A DNA stretch of 64,000 nucleotides from Dehalogenimonas sp. (lineage in GTDB: Bacteria; Chloroflexota; Dehalococcoidia; Dehalococcoidales; Dehalococcoidaceae), in assembly GCA_050859015.1 (NCBI GenBank), contig CP139473.1, positions 471,927 to 535,926 of the forward strand, in the 5' to 3' direction. This document shows positions 25,434 to 34,212 of this stretch, in pieces; position 1 is the stretch's first letter, and each line of letters starts with the position of its first letter. The notes under the pieces were generated by a model. The model ran no database searches. It saw nothing but the letters and a program-made list of their open reading frames with translations, and was not told the DNA's origin. Made by a program: the position numbers and the translations under genes.

Positions 25434-25616
25434 TTCGTGGTGAGCTAGCCTGTCCTGAACGGAGCCGAAGGAAATCCATGAACGGAAGGCACCTTGGCTT
25501 GAAATCGCTTCACCCTTCGACAGGCTCAGGGCGAACGGATTGTTAAACACTATTGAATTACCGTTCGTGGTGAGCCTAAGCCTGTCCTGAGCTAAGTCGA
25601 AGGAAACCATGAACGG
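25434..25616. repeat. Cluster of REP/MITE-like palindromic elements (types A, B, A')
   Basis: Type A has termini (C)CGTTCGTGGTGAGC...CCATGAACGG, at 25434-25485 and 25561-25616. Type B, ...CTTCACCCTTCGACAGGCTCAGGGCGAACGG, is at 25486-25538. Confidence 0.7.
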
Positions 25617-25893
25617 ATTTGGCCAATCTTGTTACCTCAGCCCAATCGTCGTTAATCATGGCTTCTTTCTTTTTGCAGCTCCAACCTTTGATCTGTCGTT
25701 CAGCGGCGAGGGCTTCGTCACGTGACCCGAATTCCTGGCTAAATACCAATTCCAACGGGCGTCACTTGTAGGTGTAACAACTTTTGATCATTCAATTTTG
25801 GTGGGCGTAAATGCGGGATTCGAGGTTGTCTGTGTGGCCTGTATAGAAACTGCCGTCGGAGCATTTAACTATATAAACCCAAAAGTACGACAT
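25576..25893 (-). pseudogene. GIY-YIG (UPF0213/YhbQ-like) nuclease gene with two in-frame TGA stops
   Basis: My translation: MSYFWVYIVKCSDGSFYTGHTDNLESRIYAHQN*MIKSCYTYK*RPLELVFSQEFGSRDEALAAERQIKGWSCKKKEAMINDDW... The stops are at 25794-25792 and 25764-25762. The 3' end runs into a type A repeat. Confidence 0.7.
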
Positions 25894-25908
25894 TTGAAAT
25901 ATTCTAGT

Positions 25909-25995
25909 CCGTTCGTGGTGAGCTCGTCGAATCCATGAACGGAAGGCACCTTGGTTTGAAATCGCTTCACCCTTCGACAGGCTCAGGGCGAACGG
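25909..25995. repeat. Second A+B composite REP-like element
   Basis: 25909-25942 is a shortened type A element. 25943-25995 is nearly identical to 25486-25538. Confidence 0.7.
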
Positions 25996-26023
25996 AAACT
26001 TTGAACAATTAGTTTAAGTAGCT

Positions 26024-27172
26024 TTAATACCGCTTTTTGAGTTCATTGGCGATGATATTGCGAAGGATCTGGTTGGTGCCTTCGTAAAGCTGGGTGATCT
26101 TGGCATCGCGCATGAATTTCTCGACCGGGTAGTCACGCATGTAGCCGACGCCGCCCATGATCTGAACGGCATCCGTAGTGACGCGCATGGCGACGTCCGA
26201 GGCGTAAACCTTGCTCATGGCCGATTCCATGTTGGCGCTCTTCTGGAGGCCGGAATCGACGGTGCGGGCGGCGTTGTAGACCATGCAGCGGGCGGCCTCG
26301 ATGTCCATAGCCATATTGGCCAGCATGTGCTGGACGGCCTGGAAAGTGATGATAGCCTCGCCGAATTGGACGCGGTTTTTCGCGTGCTCCATGGCGGCCT
26401 CGAAGGCTCCCTGGGCGATGCCGACGGCCTGGGCGCCGATGCCGGGGCGGGACTTCTCGAAGAGCTTCATGGCGTAGAAAAAACCCATGCCTTCCTTGCC
26501 GATGAGGTTCTCCTTGGGGATCAGGCAGTCGTCAAAAAGGAGTTCACGGGTGGAAGACGTCCGGATACCCATCTTCTTTTCCTTGCGGCCGAAGGTGAAA
26601 CCGGGGGTGTCTTTCTCCACGATGAAGCAAGACAGACCGCGGGCGCCTTTGCCGGGCTCAGTGCGGGCGATGATGGTATAGATGGTGGCGTCACCGCCGT
26701 TGGTGATGAAGCGTTTGCTGCCGTTGATGAGGTAGCCGTCATCGGTTTTGACCGCAGTCGTTTTCAGGGCAGCGGCGTCGGAACCGGCGGTTTCCTCGGT
26801 GATGGCGAAAGCGCAGAGTTTTTTACCACTGGCGATATCCGGCAAGAAGCGTGCTTTTTGCTCGGCGGAACCGTTGTCGATAAGAATATCGGAGCCAAGG
26901 AAATTGGCGGCGTAGGTCACGGCGACTCCGCCGCAAACCCGGGCGAACTGCTCAGCTGCCAATACGAGTTCAAACGAACCGCCGCCGATGCCACCGTATT
27001 CCTCCGGGATGGCGATGCCGTAAAGGCCGGAAGCGGCGATCTCCTTGACGATTTCCCAGGGAAACTGTTCTTTTTCATCAAGTTCGGCGCGGACCGGCAA
27101 AACCTTTTCCTCGGCGATGCCGCGGGCGAGATCGCGGACGGTCGTTTGAAGCTCATTCAGGAAGTATTCCAC
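26024..27172 (-). CDS. Acyl-CoA dehydrogenase
   Basis: Full-length ACAD architecture (...CAFAITEETAGSDAAALKT..., ...YEGTNQI...). GTG start with an AAGGAG RBS. A TATAAT preceded by a C-rich tract lies upstream (27229-27224 on the minus strand). Confidence 0.9.
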   Translation of the reverse strand: MEYFLNELQTTVRDLARGIAEEKVLPVRAELDEKEQFPWEIVKEIAASGLYGIAIPEEYGGIGGGSFELVLAAEQFARVCGGVAVTYAANFLGSDILIDNGSAEQKARFLPDIASGKKLCAFAITEETAGSDAAALKTTAVKTDDGYLINGSKRFITNGGDATIYTIIARTEPGKGARGLSCFIVEKDTPGFTFGRKEKKMGIRTSSTRELLFDDCLIPKENLIGKEGMGFFYAMKLFEKSRPGIGAQAVGIAQGAFEAAMEHAKNRVQFGEAIITFQAVQHMLANMAMDIEAARCMVYNAARTVDSGLQKSANMESAMSKVYASDVAMRVTTDAVQIMGGVGYMRDYPVEKFMRDAKITQLYEGTNQILRNIIANELKKRY

Positions 27173-27308
27173 GGCGGCTCCTTATTAAGAAGATTATTGA
27201 GCGATAGTTCAACGAACGGCGCTATTATAGGGGGCGGAGAGGGGTTGTTCAAGTGGGCGGTGTCGACAAATATATTTTCCAACACCCACTAAAAACGTCA
27301 CGAAACGC

Positions 27309-27339
27309 TTGACACCCGAAGGAACGTCAGTGCTATAAT
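27309..27339 (+). promoter_or_regulatory. Near-consensus sigma-70 promoter with no obvious downstream gene
   Basis: TTGACA (27309-27314), a 19-nt spacer ending in TG, then TATAAT (27334-27339). Confidence 0.45.
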
Positions 27340-27449
27340 AACCCCGTGAAGATATTAGAACACATGTACATTCATCAGCAGAATCTAAATCTCCAACTCA
27401 ACCATACCTTATTTACTCAGAGCAGCGCCTGGTTTAGCCACCGAGAAAG

Positions 27450-27626
27450 ATGAATTGTTTCGCCGCTTTGGCAATCGTTTCTTTGATTTTGACGTTTCGT
27501 TTTGGAAAAAACGTTTTTCCCCGAGAATTCAAAACACAATTCAGGCTAAAGAGTTGGCCGCCGACGCTTGGACGACTTAACGGTGAATTGTTTCAACAGC
27601 CATCGAGTCGTTTCGGCCGAAAATGA
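27450..27626 (+). CDS. Possible 58-aa small protein with a hydrophobic N-terminus (speculative)
   Basis: My translation: MNCFAALAIVSLILTFRFGKNVFPREFKTQFRLKSWPPTLGRLNGELFQQPSSRFGRK. It is below the ORF-track cutoff, has only a weak RBS (GAGAAAG), and lies downstream of the orphan promoter. Confidence 0.2.
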   Translation: MNCFAALAIVSLILTFRFGKNVFPREFKTQFRLKSWPPTLGRLNGELFQQPSSRFGRK

Positions 27627-27777
27627 ACGTAAAATCCGAGTCGTTTTCCGAAAGTTATGTCAAAACTGCAAAAACAAAAGAACAATCCGGTAAACGGTTT
27701 TGCCTGTACTAAAGCAGACATCCCGCGGTCAGGAATTGTTACAATTGTTTTTCATGCAACTCGAGATGCGAAGAAGC

Positions 27778-29451
27778 CTACATACACTCCGGCGCGGACA
27801 TGCCCATGAGATGCAGGGTGCGTGCCAGGACGGTGCGGGCGGCCACGGCTAGCTTCAACCGGGCTTTAGACAGGCACAGGTCGGCGGAGACGACACGGCA
27901 GTCCTTGTAGAACAGGTGGAAGGCGTTAGCCAGCACCTGGGCGTAGTAGGCGAGGTGGTGGGGTGAGAATGAATCCGCCACCTGGGCGATAACCTCCGGC
28001 AGGAGGAGCATCTTGCGGAGGAGTTCGAGCTCGGCGGGTTCGACCAGCTTGGTGACGTCGCCGTCGGAGTAATCAATCTCCTTTTCGCGCGCCAGGCCGA
28101 TAATGGAACAAATCCGGGCGTGGGCGTACTGGACATAATAGACGGGATTTTCCGAGGACTGTTTCTTGGCCAGTTCGAGATCGAAATCCATCTGGGAGTC
28201 GGCGCTGCGTGAGAGGAAATTAAAGCGGCAGGCATCAGATCCAACCTCGTCGAGGACTTCCGAGAGGGTGATAATCTCGCCGGTGCGCTTGGACAGCCTG
28301 ACCAGCTCCTCGCCGCGGCGCAGGGTAACAAGCTGGGAGATGATGACGTCGAGGCGGGCGGGATCGACTCCCAGCGCCTGGAGCACGGCTTTCATGCGGG
28401 ACACATGGCCCTGGTGGTCGGCGCCCCAGATGTTGACGACCAGATCAAAGCCGCGCCGGACGAATTTATCGTAATGGTAGGCGATGTCAGATGCGAAATA
28501 GGTGGGCGTGCCGTCTGTCCTGATAATGACATTGTCCTTGCTTTCGCCGAGGGCGGTGGAGGTGAACCAGACGGCGCCCTCTTTTTCGGCAATGTAGCCG
28601 GCCTTTTTCAACATATCGAGGACGCCGGCGAATTCGCCGCTGTCATAGAGGCTGTGCTCCGAGAACCACCGGTCGAAAGTGACGCCAAGCCGGTTGAGGT
28701 CAGTGCGGATGAGGTCAAGCATTTTCCTCAGACCAACGATACCCAGCTGCTCAATGGCCTCTTCCTTGGGCATCTCGTGGAAGCGGTCGCCCTCTTCCTG
28801 AAGGATGTCCCGCGCCAGGTCGATCACGTAATGCCCGAAATAACCCTCGGCGGGCATTTCGGCGTCGATACCCAGTTGCTGCACGTAGCGGGCATACAGC
28901 GAACGCTTGAACGACATGACCTGGTTGCCGGCGTCGTTGACATAATATTCCTGCTGGACGTCAAAACCGGCAGCTTTAAGAGACAGAGCCAGGCTGCTAC
29001 CGAGCACCGCACCGCGGCCGTGGCCTACGTGGATGGGGCCGGTAGGGTTGGCCGAAACGTACTCTATTTGGACCTTTTTGCCGTTGCCCTGATCGATGTT
29101 GCCATAGCATTCGCCCGAAGCGATAACGTTCTCAACCTGCTCGGTAATCCAGGCATCGGAGAGGGTGAAGTTCAAGAAACCGGGAGGGGCGACTGTAACG
29201 GATTTTATCTCGGGCACAGCCGGGATAAAACCGGCGATTATTCCGGCAATGTCGAGAGGTTTCATCCCGGTGGCGCGTGCCATTTTTAGAGGCAGGCCTG
29301 AAGCGTAGTCGCCATGCTGCGAATTTTGGGGGTGCTCGATGAGAATCGGGGGGACCGAAACCGCCGGTAATTTGCCGGTTCCCTGGGCTTGAGCGACGGC
29401 TTCGGAAAGGAGAGAGATTATCGATTTCTTAACTGCTAATATTCCGTTCAA
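27778..29451 (-). CDS. argS: Arginine--tRNA ligase
   Basis: Class I aaRS with HVGH (PIHVGHGRG) and the typical ArgS N-terminal and anticodon-binding domains. 557 aa. Confidence 0.95.
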   Translation of the reverse strand: MNGILAVKKSIISLLSEAVAQAQGTGKLPAVSVPPILIEHPQNSQHGDYASGLPLKMARATGMKPLDIAGIIAGFIPAVPEIKSVTVAPPGFLNFTLSDAWITEQVENVIASGECYGNIDQGNGKKVQIEYVSANPTGPIHVGHGRGAVLGSSLALSLKAAGFDVQQEYYVNDAGNQVMSFKRSLYARYVQQLGIDAEMPAEGYFGHYVIDLARDILQEEGDRFHEMPKEEAIEQLGIVGLRKMLDLIRTDLNRLGVTFDRWFSEHSLYDSGEFAGVLDMLKKAGYIAEKEGAVWFTSTALGESKDNVIIRTDGTPTYFASDIAYHYDKFVRRGFDLVVNIWGADHQGHVSRMKAVLQALGVDPARLDVIISQLVTLRRGEELVRLSKRTGEIITLSEVLDEVGSDACRFNFLSRSADSQMDFDLELAKKQSSENPVYYVQYAHARICSIIGLAREKEIDYSDGDVTKLVEPAELELLRKMLLLPEVIAQVADSFSPHHLAYYAQVLANAFHLFYKDCRVVSADLCLSKARLKLAVAARTVLARTLHLMGMSAPECM

Positions 29452-29536
29452 ATGGCTAACTCCGAGTTTTCGTTTTCAATAGGAAACGATTATAACACAG
29501 CCCGCTTAAGATGATGTCAACATTTGGGTAGGAATG

Positions 29537-30643
29537 TTAAGTGGATTCCACAAGGTTATTTGGAATGATCCTGATAACGCGGTCATCGCCGGTAAGTGGG
29601 ATGCCCCGGCCGTCGCGATTGTTGGTGATGATATAAAGGAGGTCGTCCGGTCCCGCCACGACGTCTCTAAGCCTGCCGAAGTTTCCGTTCAAGTACCGGG
29701 TGATACTGCCGGTGGCGATGTCATATTTGAAAAGGCTCTGGCTTCCGAGTCCCGCAAAGTACAATGATCCATTTAGAATGGTCAACCCGGAGGGAGCCCA
29801 GGTCACATTACCGCTGGCTAGAACGGGAGGAGTCATGCCGGAGGCGATTTCACTACCCCGGACTAAAGGCCAGCCGTAATTCTTTCCGGCCTCGATGAGA
29901 TTAATCTCATCCTGTGCGCTGGAACCATGTTCTGTCTCCCAGAGACGTCCCTGGTTATCCCAGACCAGCCCTTCTGGATTGCGATGCCCATAGGAATAAA
30001 TTGCAGAATTGGGGAAAGGATTGGTTGCCGGGATCGTGCCGTCGTCATTGAGACGGAGAATTTTTCCAGCGAGAGAGTTAAGGTCCTGGGCTAAATTTTC
30101 GTTGCCGGTTTCCCCGACGCAGATATACAGCAGCCCATCGGGCCCGAATTTTATGCGCCCGCCGTCATGGATATTGCCGCCGGGAATGCCTTCGATAATA
30201 ACGGTACGATCGGAGAACGAAGTCCCTTGCATGGTATAACGGACAACCCGGTTAGCCAGACCGGAACCGGATTGGTAGGTATAGTAGAAATAGACCCAAC
30301 CGTTAGTCGCAAACTGCGGATGAAGCGCCATACCGAGCAGGCCGCCTTCGCCCACCGCAGCTACATCGGTGAAGGTCAAAACAGGTTGGCTTTGAAGCGT
30401 CCCGCCGGGATCAATAATCCTCACCGTTCCGGGGCGTTCAGTGAGCAAGATGCTGTTGCCAGGCAAAAAGGCCAGTTCCCAGGGAATATCCAGGTTCTCT
30501 GCGATGGAGGAGGTGGGGGGCGGGGCAGTGCGCCGACCCAGGTAGTTCCAGTATAAGAAGCCGCCAAAAACTAGCGCGGCGACGATCAATAAAGCGATAA
30601 GGATGCGATTTCTGGACAAGATTATGATGCTCCTTCGATTCAT
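29537..30643 (-). CDS. PQQ-dependent sugar (glucose/sorbosone) dehydrogenase-family beta-propeller, membrane-anchored
   Basis: N-terminal TM helix. GLLGMALHP, YSYGHRNPEGLVWD and NYGWP motifs of the soluble GDH/sorbosone dehydrogenase family. Confidence 0.85.
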   Translation of the reverse strand: MNRRSIIILSRNRILIALLIVAALVFGGFLYWNYLGRRTAPPPTSSIAENLDIPWELAFLPGNSILLTERPGTVRIIDPGGTLQSQPVLTFTDVAAVGEGGLLGMALHPQFATNGWVYFYYTYQSGSGLANRVVRYTMQGTSFSDRTVIIEGIPGGNIHDGGRIKFGPDGLLYICVGETGNENLAQDLNSLAGKILRLNDDGTIPATNPFPNSAIYSYGHRNPEGLVWDNQGRLWETEHGSSAQDEINLIEAGKNYGWPLVRGSEIASGMTPPVLASGNVTWAPSGLTILNGSLYFAGLGSQSLFKYDIATGSITRYLNGNFGRLRDVVAGPDDLLYIITNNRDGRGIPLTGDDRVIRIIPNNLVEST

Positions 30644-30753
30644 TATATGGCGTTAGAGTGGAAGATGAAATCTAGCAAAGGTTAAAAACGAGGAAGGATT
30701 TCCGTTGGGTCGATTGGGATTCTTCGCTACACTCAGAAAGACAGGCTGGGGTT

Positions 30754-33246
30754 CTAGCTCCACTCACCAGTCTGGGGCCAGATTCGGATAAGCTCATCGT
30801 ATAGGGCGCGATGTTCAGGTTTTTTCAACCCTGGATCTTCCTGGAAGAGCCGGGTGGCTTCTTCACGCGCCATTTCCAGGATCGGGACATCGGAGAGCTT
30901 AGCCATTTTTAGGTCGGGCAAACCAGATTGGCGAGTGCCGAAGAATTCTCCAGGGCCTCGAAGCTTCAGATCTTCTTCAGCGAGAATGAAGCCATCCTGG
31001 GTTTTCTCGATCACTGAAAGGCGGGCGTTCGCGACCTCGGACGGATTTTCGGCCAAAAGCATGCAATAGCTTTGTTCCGTGCCCCGGCCGACGCGGCCGC
31101 GGAATTGGTGAAGCTGCGAAAGACCAAAACGGTCGGCGGACTCGATCAGCATCACGGTGGCATTGGGAACATCGATGCCGACTTCGATTACCGGTGTCGA
31201 AACCAGTATGTCCAGTTTTCCGGCGCCGAAGGCTCCCATGACCGAGTCTTTTTCAACGGCAGGCATCCGGCCGTGGAGCAGTCCAAGCCTGTAGTCCGGG
31301 AAGACGTCCTGTTTCAGGTTTTCATATTCGGCTGTTGCCGCTCTGGCTTGTATAGCCTCTGATTCTTCGACCAACGGGCAGATGATGAATGCCTGCTGTT
31401 TCAGATCTACCTGTTTCCTGATAAAGGCATAAGCGCTGGCGCGCTGTTCAGGTTTCAGCCACCTGGTTTTAATAGTCTGGCGGCCGGGCGGCAGTTCGTT
31501 GATGACCGAAAGGTCGAGATCCCCGTAAAGGGTCAGGGCGAGGGTGCGAGGAATCGGCGTCGCGGTCATGACAAGGATATGGGGGTTGGTACCTTTCTGG
31601 CGCAAGCTGAGTCTTTGCTCAACCCCAAACCGGTGCTGCTCGTCGATCACCGCGAGTCCCAGTTTCCTAAATTTCACATCCTTCTGAATCAGGGCGTGGG
31701 TGCCTACTACAAGATCGATGTCACCATTCTTGATCCTGCCGCGAATCGCGGTTTTTCCCGATTCCTTGGCATCACCGATGAGGAGAGCCACGGACAGGGG
31801 GCGGTCGGGTAAGATTCCGATATAGCTGGTGACTCCTTCCATTATCTGTTTTTCAGTCGACAGGCGCTCGAGCATCCTCGTCAGAGATCGGAAATGCTGC
31901 TCCGCAAGGATTTCCGTCGGCGCCATGAAGGCTGCCTGGAATCCAGCGGCAACCACCATCAGAATGGCAGCGGTAGCCACCACAGTCTTGCCAGAGCCGA
32001 CTTCACCCTGTAGCAGGCGGCTCATAGCCTCGGTGCGTTTCAGGTCTGCCAGGATCTCGTTGAGCGACTTCTGCTGAGCGGTGGTGAGGGTAAAAGACAG
32101 CGATTTAAGAAACCGGTCCAGTAATATTTTATCGGTGGGGATAGCCGCAGCCGGCTGTGAATGCTGCCAGGCACGTTTTCGAGCCAATACGCCCAATTGC
32201 AGAAAGAAGAGCTCATCGAAAGCAAGGCGAACCCGCGCGGCATTTTTTGAGAGTTCGTCCTCCGGAAAATGAGCTTGAGAAATCGCAGACGTAAGATCTG
32301 TAAGGCTACGACGGTGTCTGATTGCGGAAGGAAGATAATCCGATAAAGATCCAGAGAACCCGTCTACCACCTCTTTCATCATCTTCCGAACCGCACGAGG
32401 GAACAAGCCGGCGGTGAGTGGGTAGACGGGAACTAACCGCCCGGTATGGACCAACTCTTTTTCCTCGAGTTTTTCCCATTCGGGCGACTCGAAGACCAAT
32501 CTGCCCTTCCAATCACTGACCCGGCCGCTAATGACCACCCTGTCGCCGTTGTGGACCTGCTTAGCCAGATAGGGATTGTTGAACCATATCACCCGTATGT
32601 TACCCGAATCGTCACCAAGGATGGCTTCGGTGGAGCGACGGCCGCCGGGCATGGCGACCCTGATCTCCCAAACATTAGCGACGATAGTCTGATCAGGTCC
32701 GGGGAGAAGAGAAGAGATCTTCGCAGTCTGAGAGTAATCGACATGCCTGCCAGGGAAATGATAAAGAAGGTCACGGACAGTAGCGATGCCCAGCTTCTTG
32801 AACTTAGCGGCGGTGGCTTCGCTTATGCCTTTTAATGTGGTAACCGGCAGGGATAGGGAAGATGGAGGAGCGGCCGGCGCCTTCGATTTCGAGGGTTTTT
32901 TCTTGTAGATGGCGGGGAACTCGGCAATCTGAGGCGACTCCATGCCGACCGGTTTCAATAACCCCGATTTTACTCCAACCGAAGTAGGGGTTTGAAATTC
33001 TTTTATAAACGATAGGAGTTTTTCAATACTTAACCGACGGTCGGCGATCGCTTTTGAGATATAGTTGAACTCGCTGATATACCTGTTGAATTTGGCTAAA
33101 CGAGTCTTGTCAGAGATGGAGGTAGCGGCTTCAGCAGCCCAATTTGTCAGGAATTTATCAAATCCGCCGATGACAGCGGTATTCTGGAACCCTTTTTTCT
33201 TTTCTAAAGCAATTACAGCGTGGAGCCGCTCGATTGGTAAGGACAT
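30754..33246 (-). CDS. recG: ATP-dependent DNA helicase RecG
   Basis: Wedge/OB domain followed by an SF2 helicase core (GEVGSGKT, DEQHRFG, TATPIPRT, QLHQFRGRVGRG). Confidence 0.95.
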   Translation of the reverse strand: MSLPIERLHAVIALEKKKGFQNTAVIGGFDKFLTNWAAEAATSISDKTRLAKFNRYISEFNYISKAIADRRLSIEKLLSFIKEFQTPTSVGVKSGLLKPVGMESPQIAEFPAIYKKKPSKSKAPAAPPSSLSLPVTTLKGISEATAAKFKKLGIATVRDLLYHFPGRHVDYSQTAKISSLLPGPDQTIVANVWEIRVAMPGGRRSTEAILGDDSGNIRVIWFNNPYLAKQVHNGDRVVISGRVSDWKGRLVFESPEWEKLEEKELVHTGRLVPVYPLTAGLFPRAVRKMMKEVVDGFSGSLSDYLPSAIRHRRSLTDLTSAISQAHFPEDELSKNAARVRLAFDELFFLQLGVLARKRAWQHSQPAAAIPTDKILLDRFLKSLSFTLTTAQQKSLNEILADLKRTEAMSRLLQGEVGSGKTVVATAAILMVVAAGFQAAFMAPTEILAEQHFRSLTRMLERLSTEKQIMEGVTSYIGILPDRPLSVALLIGDAKESGKTAIRGRIKNGDIDLVVGTHALIQKDVKFRKLGLAVIDEQHRFGVEQRLSLRQKGTNPHILVMTATPIPRTLALTLYGDLDLSVINELPPGRQTIKTRWLKPEQRASAYAFIRKQVDLKQQAFIICPLVEESEAIQARAATAEYENLKQDVFPDYRLGLLHGRMPAVEKDSVMGAFGAGKLDILVSTPVIEVGIDVPNATVMLIESADRFGLSQLHQFRGRVGRGTEQSYCMLLAENPSEVANARLSVIEKTQDGFILAEEDLKLRGPGEFFGTRQSGLPDLKMAKLSDVPILEMAREEATRLFQEDPGLKKPEHRALYDELIRIWPQTGEWS

Positions 33247-33347
33247 TTGACCTATATTATAGCGGAAAAAGCGGAGCTAAGCACTAAAAACCAAACTGTC
33301 AATAATGCGAGGATAGAGTCCGATAATTAGGCTAGAACTCAATTCGG

Positions 33348-34187
33348 CTAAGCCTTGCCCATTACCGAGACCGAAATCACATTAGGCCCCATATAGCAGC
33401 CCAAGACCGGGCTGAACGTGGTCAGATAGATATTTTCCCTAGGATATATGGCTCCGAGTCTTTCGATTAAAGCATCCGCCATGTCGGGCGTAGTGGCATA
33501 TTCTACGGCCATCTCGTCAATTCGCTTATGGCTGGCGGCAAAATTGTATAGCACGTCGATCCCGGCTTTCATGGTCCGGACTTGGGTCAAAGGAGATACT
33601 TCGCCGTCTTTGGTGGTTAGAACCGGCTTTACAGAAAGCAACACTCCTAAAAAACCCTTGGCCTTGCCAATTCGCCCCCCGCGGGCAAGGTATTTAAGAG
33701 TATCGAACGCCACGACAGGTTTGATATCAGCGACGCGGCTTTGCACGGCTTTTTTGAGGTCTGCAAGAGACATCCCTGAGGAAGCCTGCTTGGAAGCCCA
33801 TATCGCCAAAATCCCCAGCGCTGCCGCGGTGGATTCCGAATCGATGACTTCAATGTTACATTCCGCTTTTACCATTTGTGTCGCTGATAGCGCAGAATCG
33901 TAAGTTCCGGAGAGCTTTTTGGAGATTGTGAGAACCATGATTTCATGAGTCTCGGCGCATAATTTTTTGTAGACGCTGGCAAAGGCGTTTGGGGAGGGCT
34001 GGGTGGTCTGGGGAAAGACTTCTTCGGTAGTCAACCGCCGGTAGAACTCATCGGTAGAAATTTCGACCCGGTCAAGAAAAGACTCGCGGCCAAACGACAC
34101 GGTAAGAGGGACGACACTGATGTCAAATTGCCTGGCCAGCGCCGGCGTGAGGTCAGATGTGGAATCGGTCACGATTTTGACAGTCAT
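33348..34187 (-). CDS. DegV-family fatty-acid-binding protein
   Basis: MTVKIVTDSTSDL... start and DegV-typical length and layout. Confidence 0.9.
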   Translation of the reverse strand: MTVKIVTDSTSDLTPALARQFDISVVPLTVSFGRESFLDRVEISTDEFYRRLTTEEVFPQTTQPSPNAFASVYKKLCAETHEIMVLTISKKLSGTYDSALSATQMVKAECNIEVIDSESTAAALGILAIWASKQASSGMSLADLKKAVQSRVADIKPVVAFDTLKYLARGGRIGKAKGFLGVLLSVKPVLTTKDGEVSPLTQVRTMKAGIDVLYNFAASHKRIDEMAVEYATTPDMADALIERLGAIYPRENIYLTTFSPVLGCYMGPNVISVSVMGKA

Positions 34188-34212
34188 ACGGCTAGCCTCC
34201 GAACTGAGAAGT

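Noticed and set aside
25762-25794. Possible TGA recoding (Gly/Trp/Sec) in the GIY-YIG gene
   Set aside because: TGA is used as an ordinary stop for many well-supported genes in this window, and I saw no SECIS-like context. Two nonsense point mutations in a decaying gene is the simpler explanation.
26327-27292. 321-aa plus-strand ORF
   Set aside because: It lies entirely antisense to the well-supported acyl-CoA dehydrogenase gene. Its Gly/Ala/Asp-rich low-complexity translation is typical of the reverse frame of a GC-rich gene.
28405-29289. 294-aa plus-strand ORF
   Set aside because: Antisense to argS, with no motifs and a shadow-frame composition.
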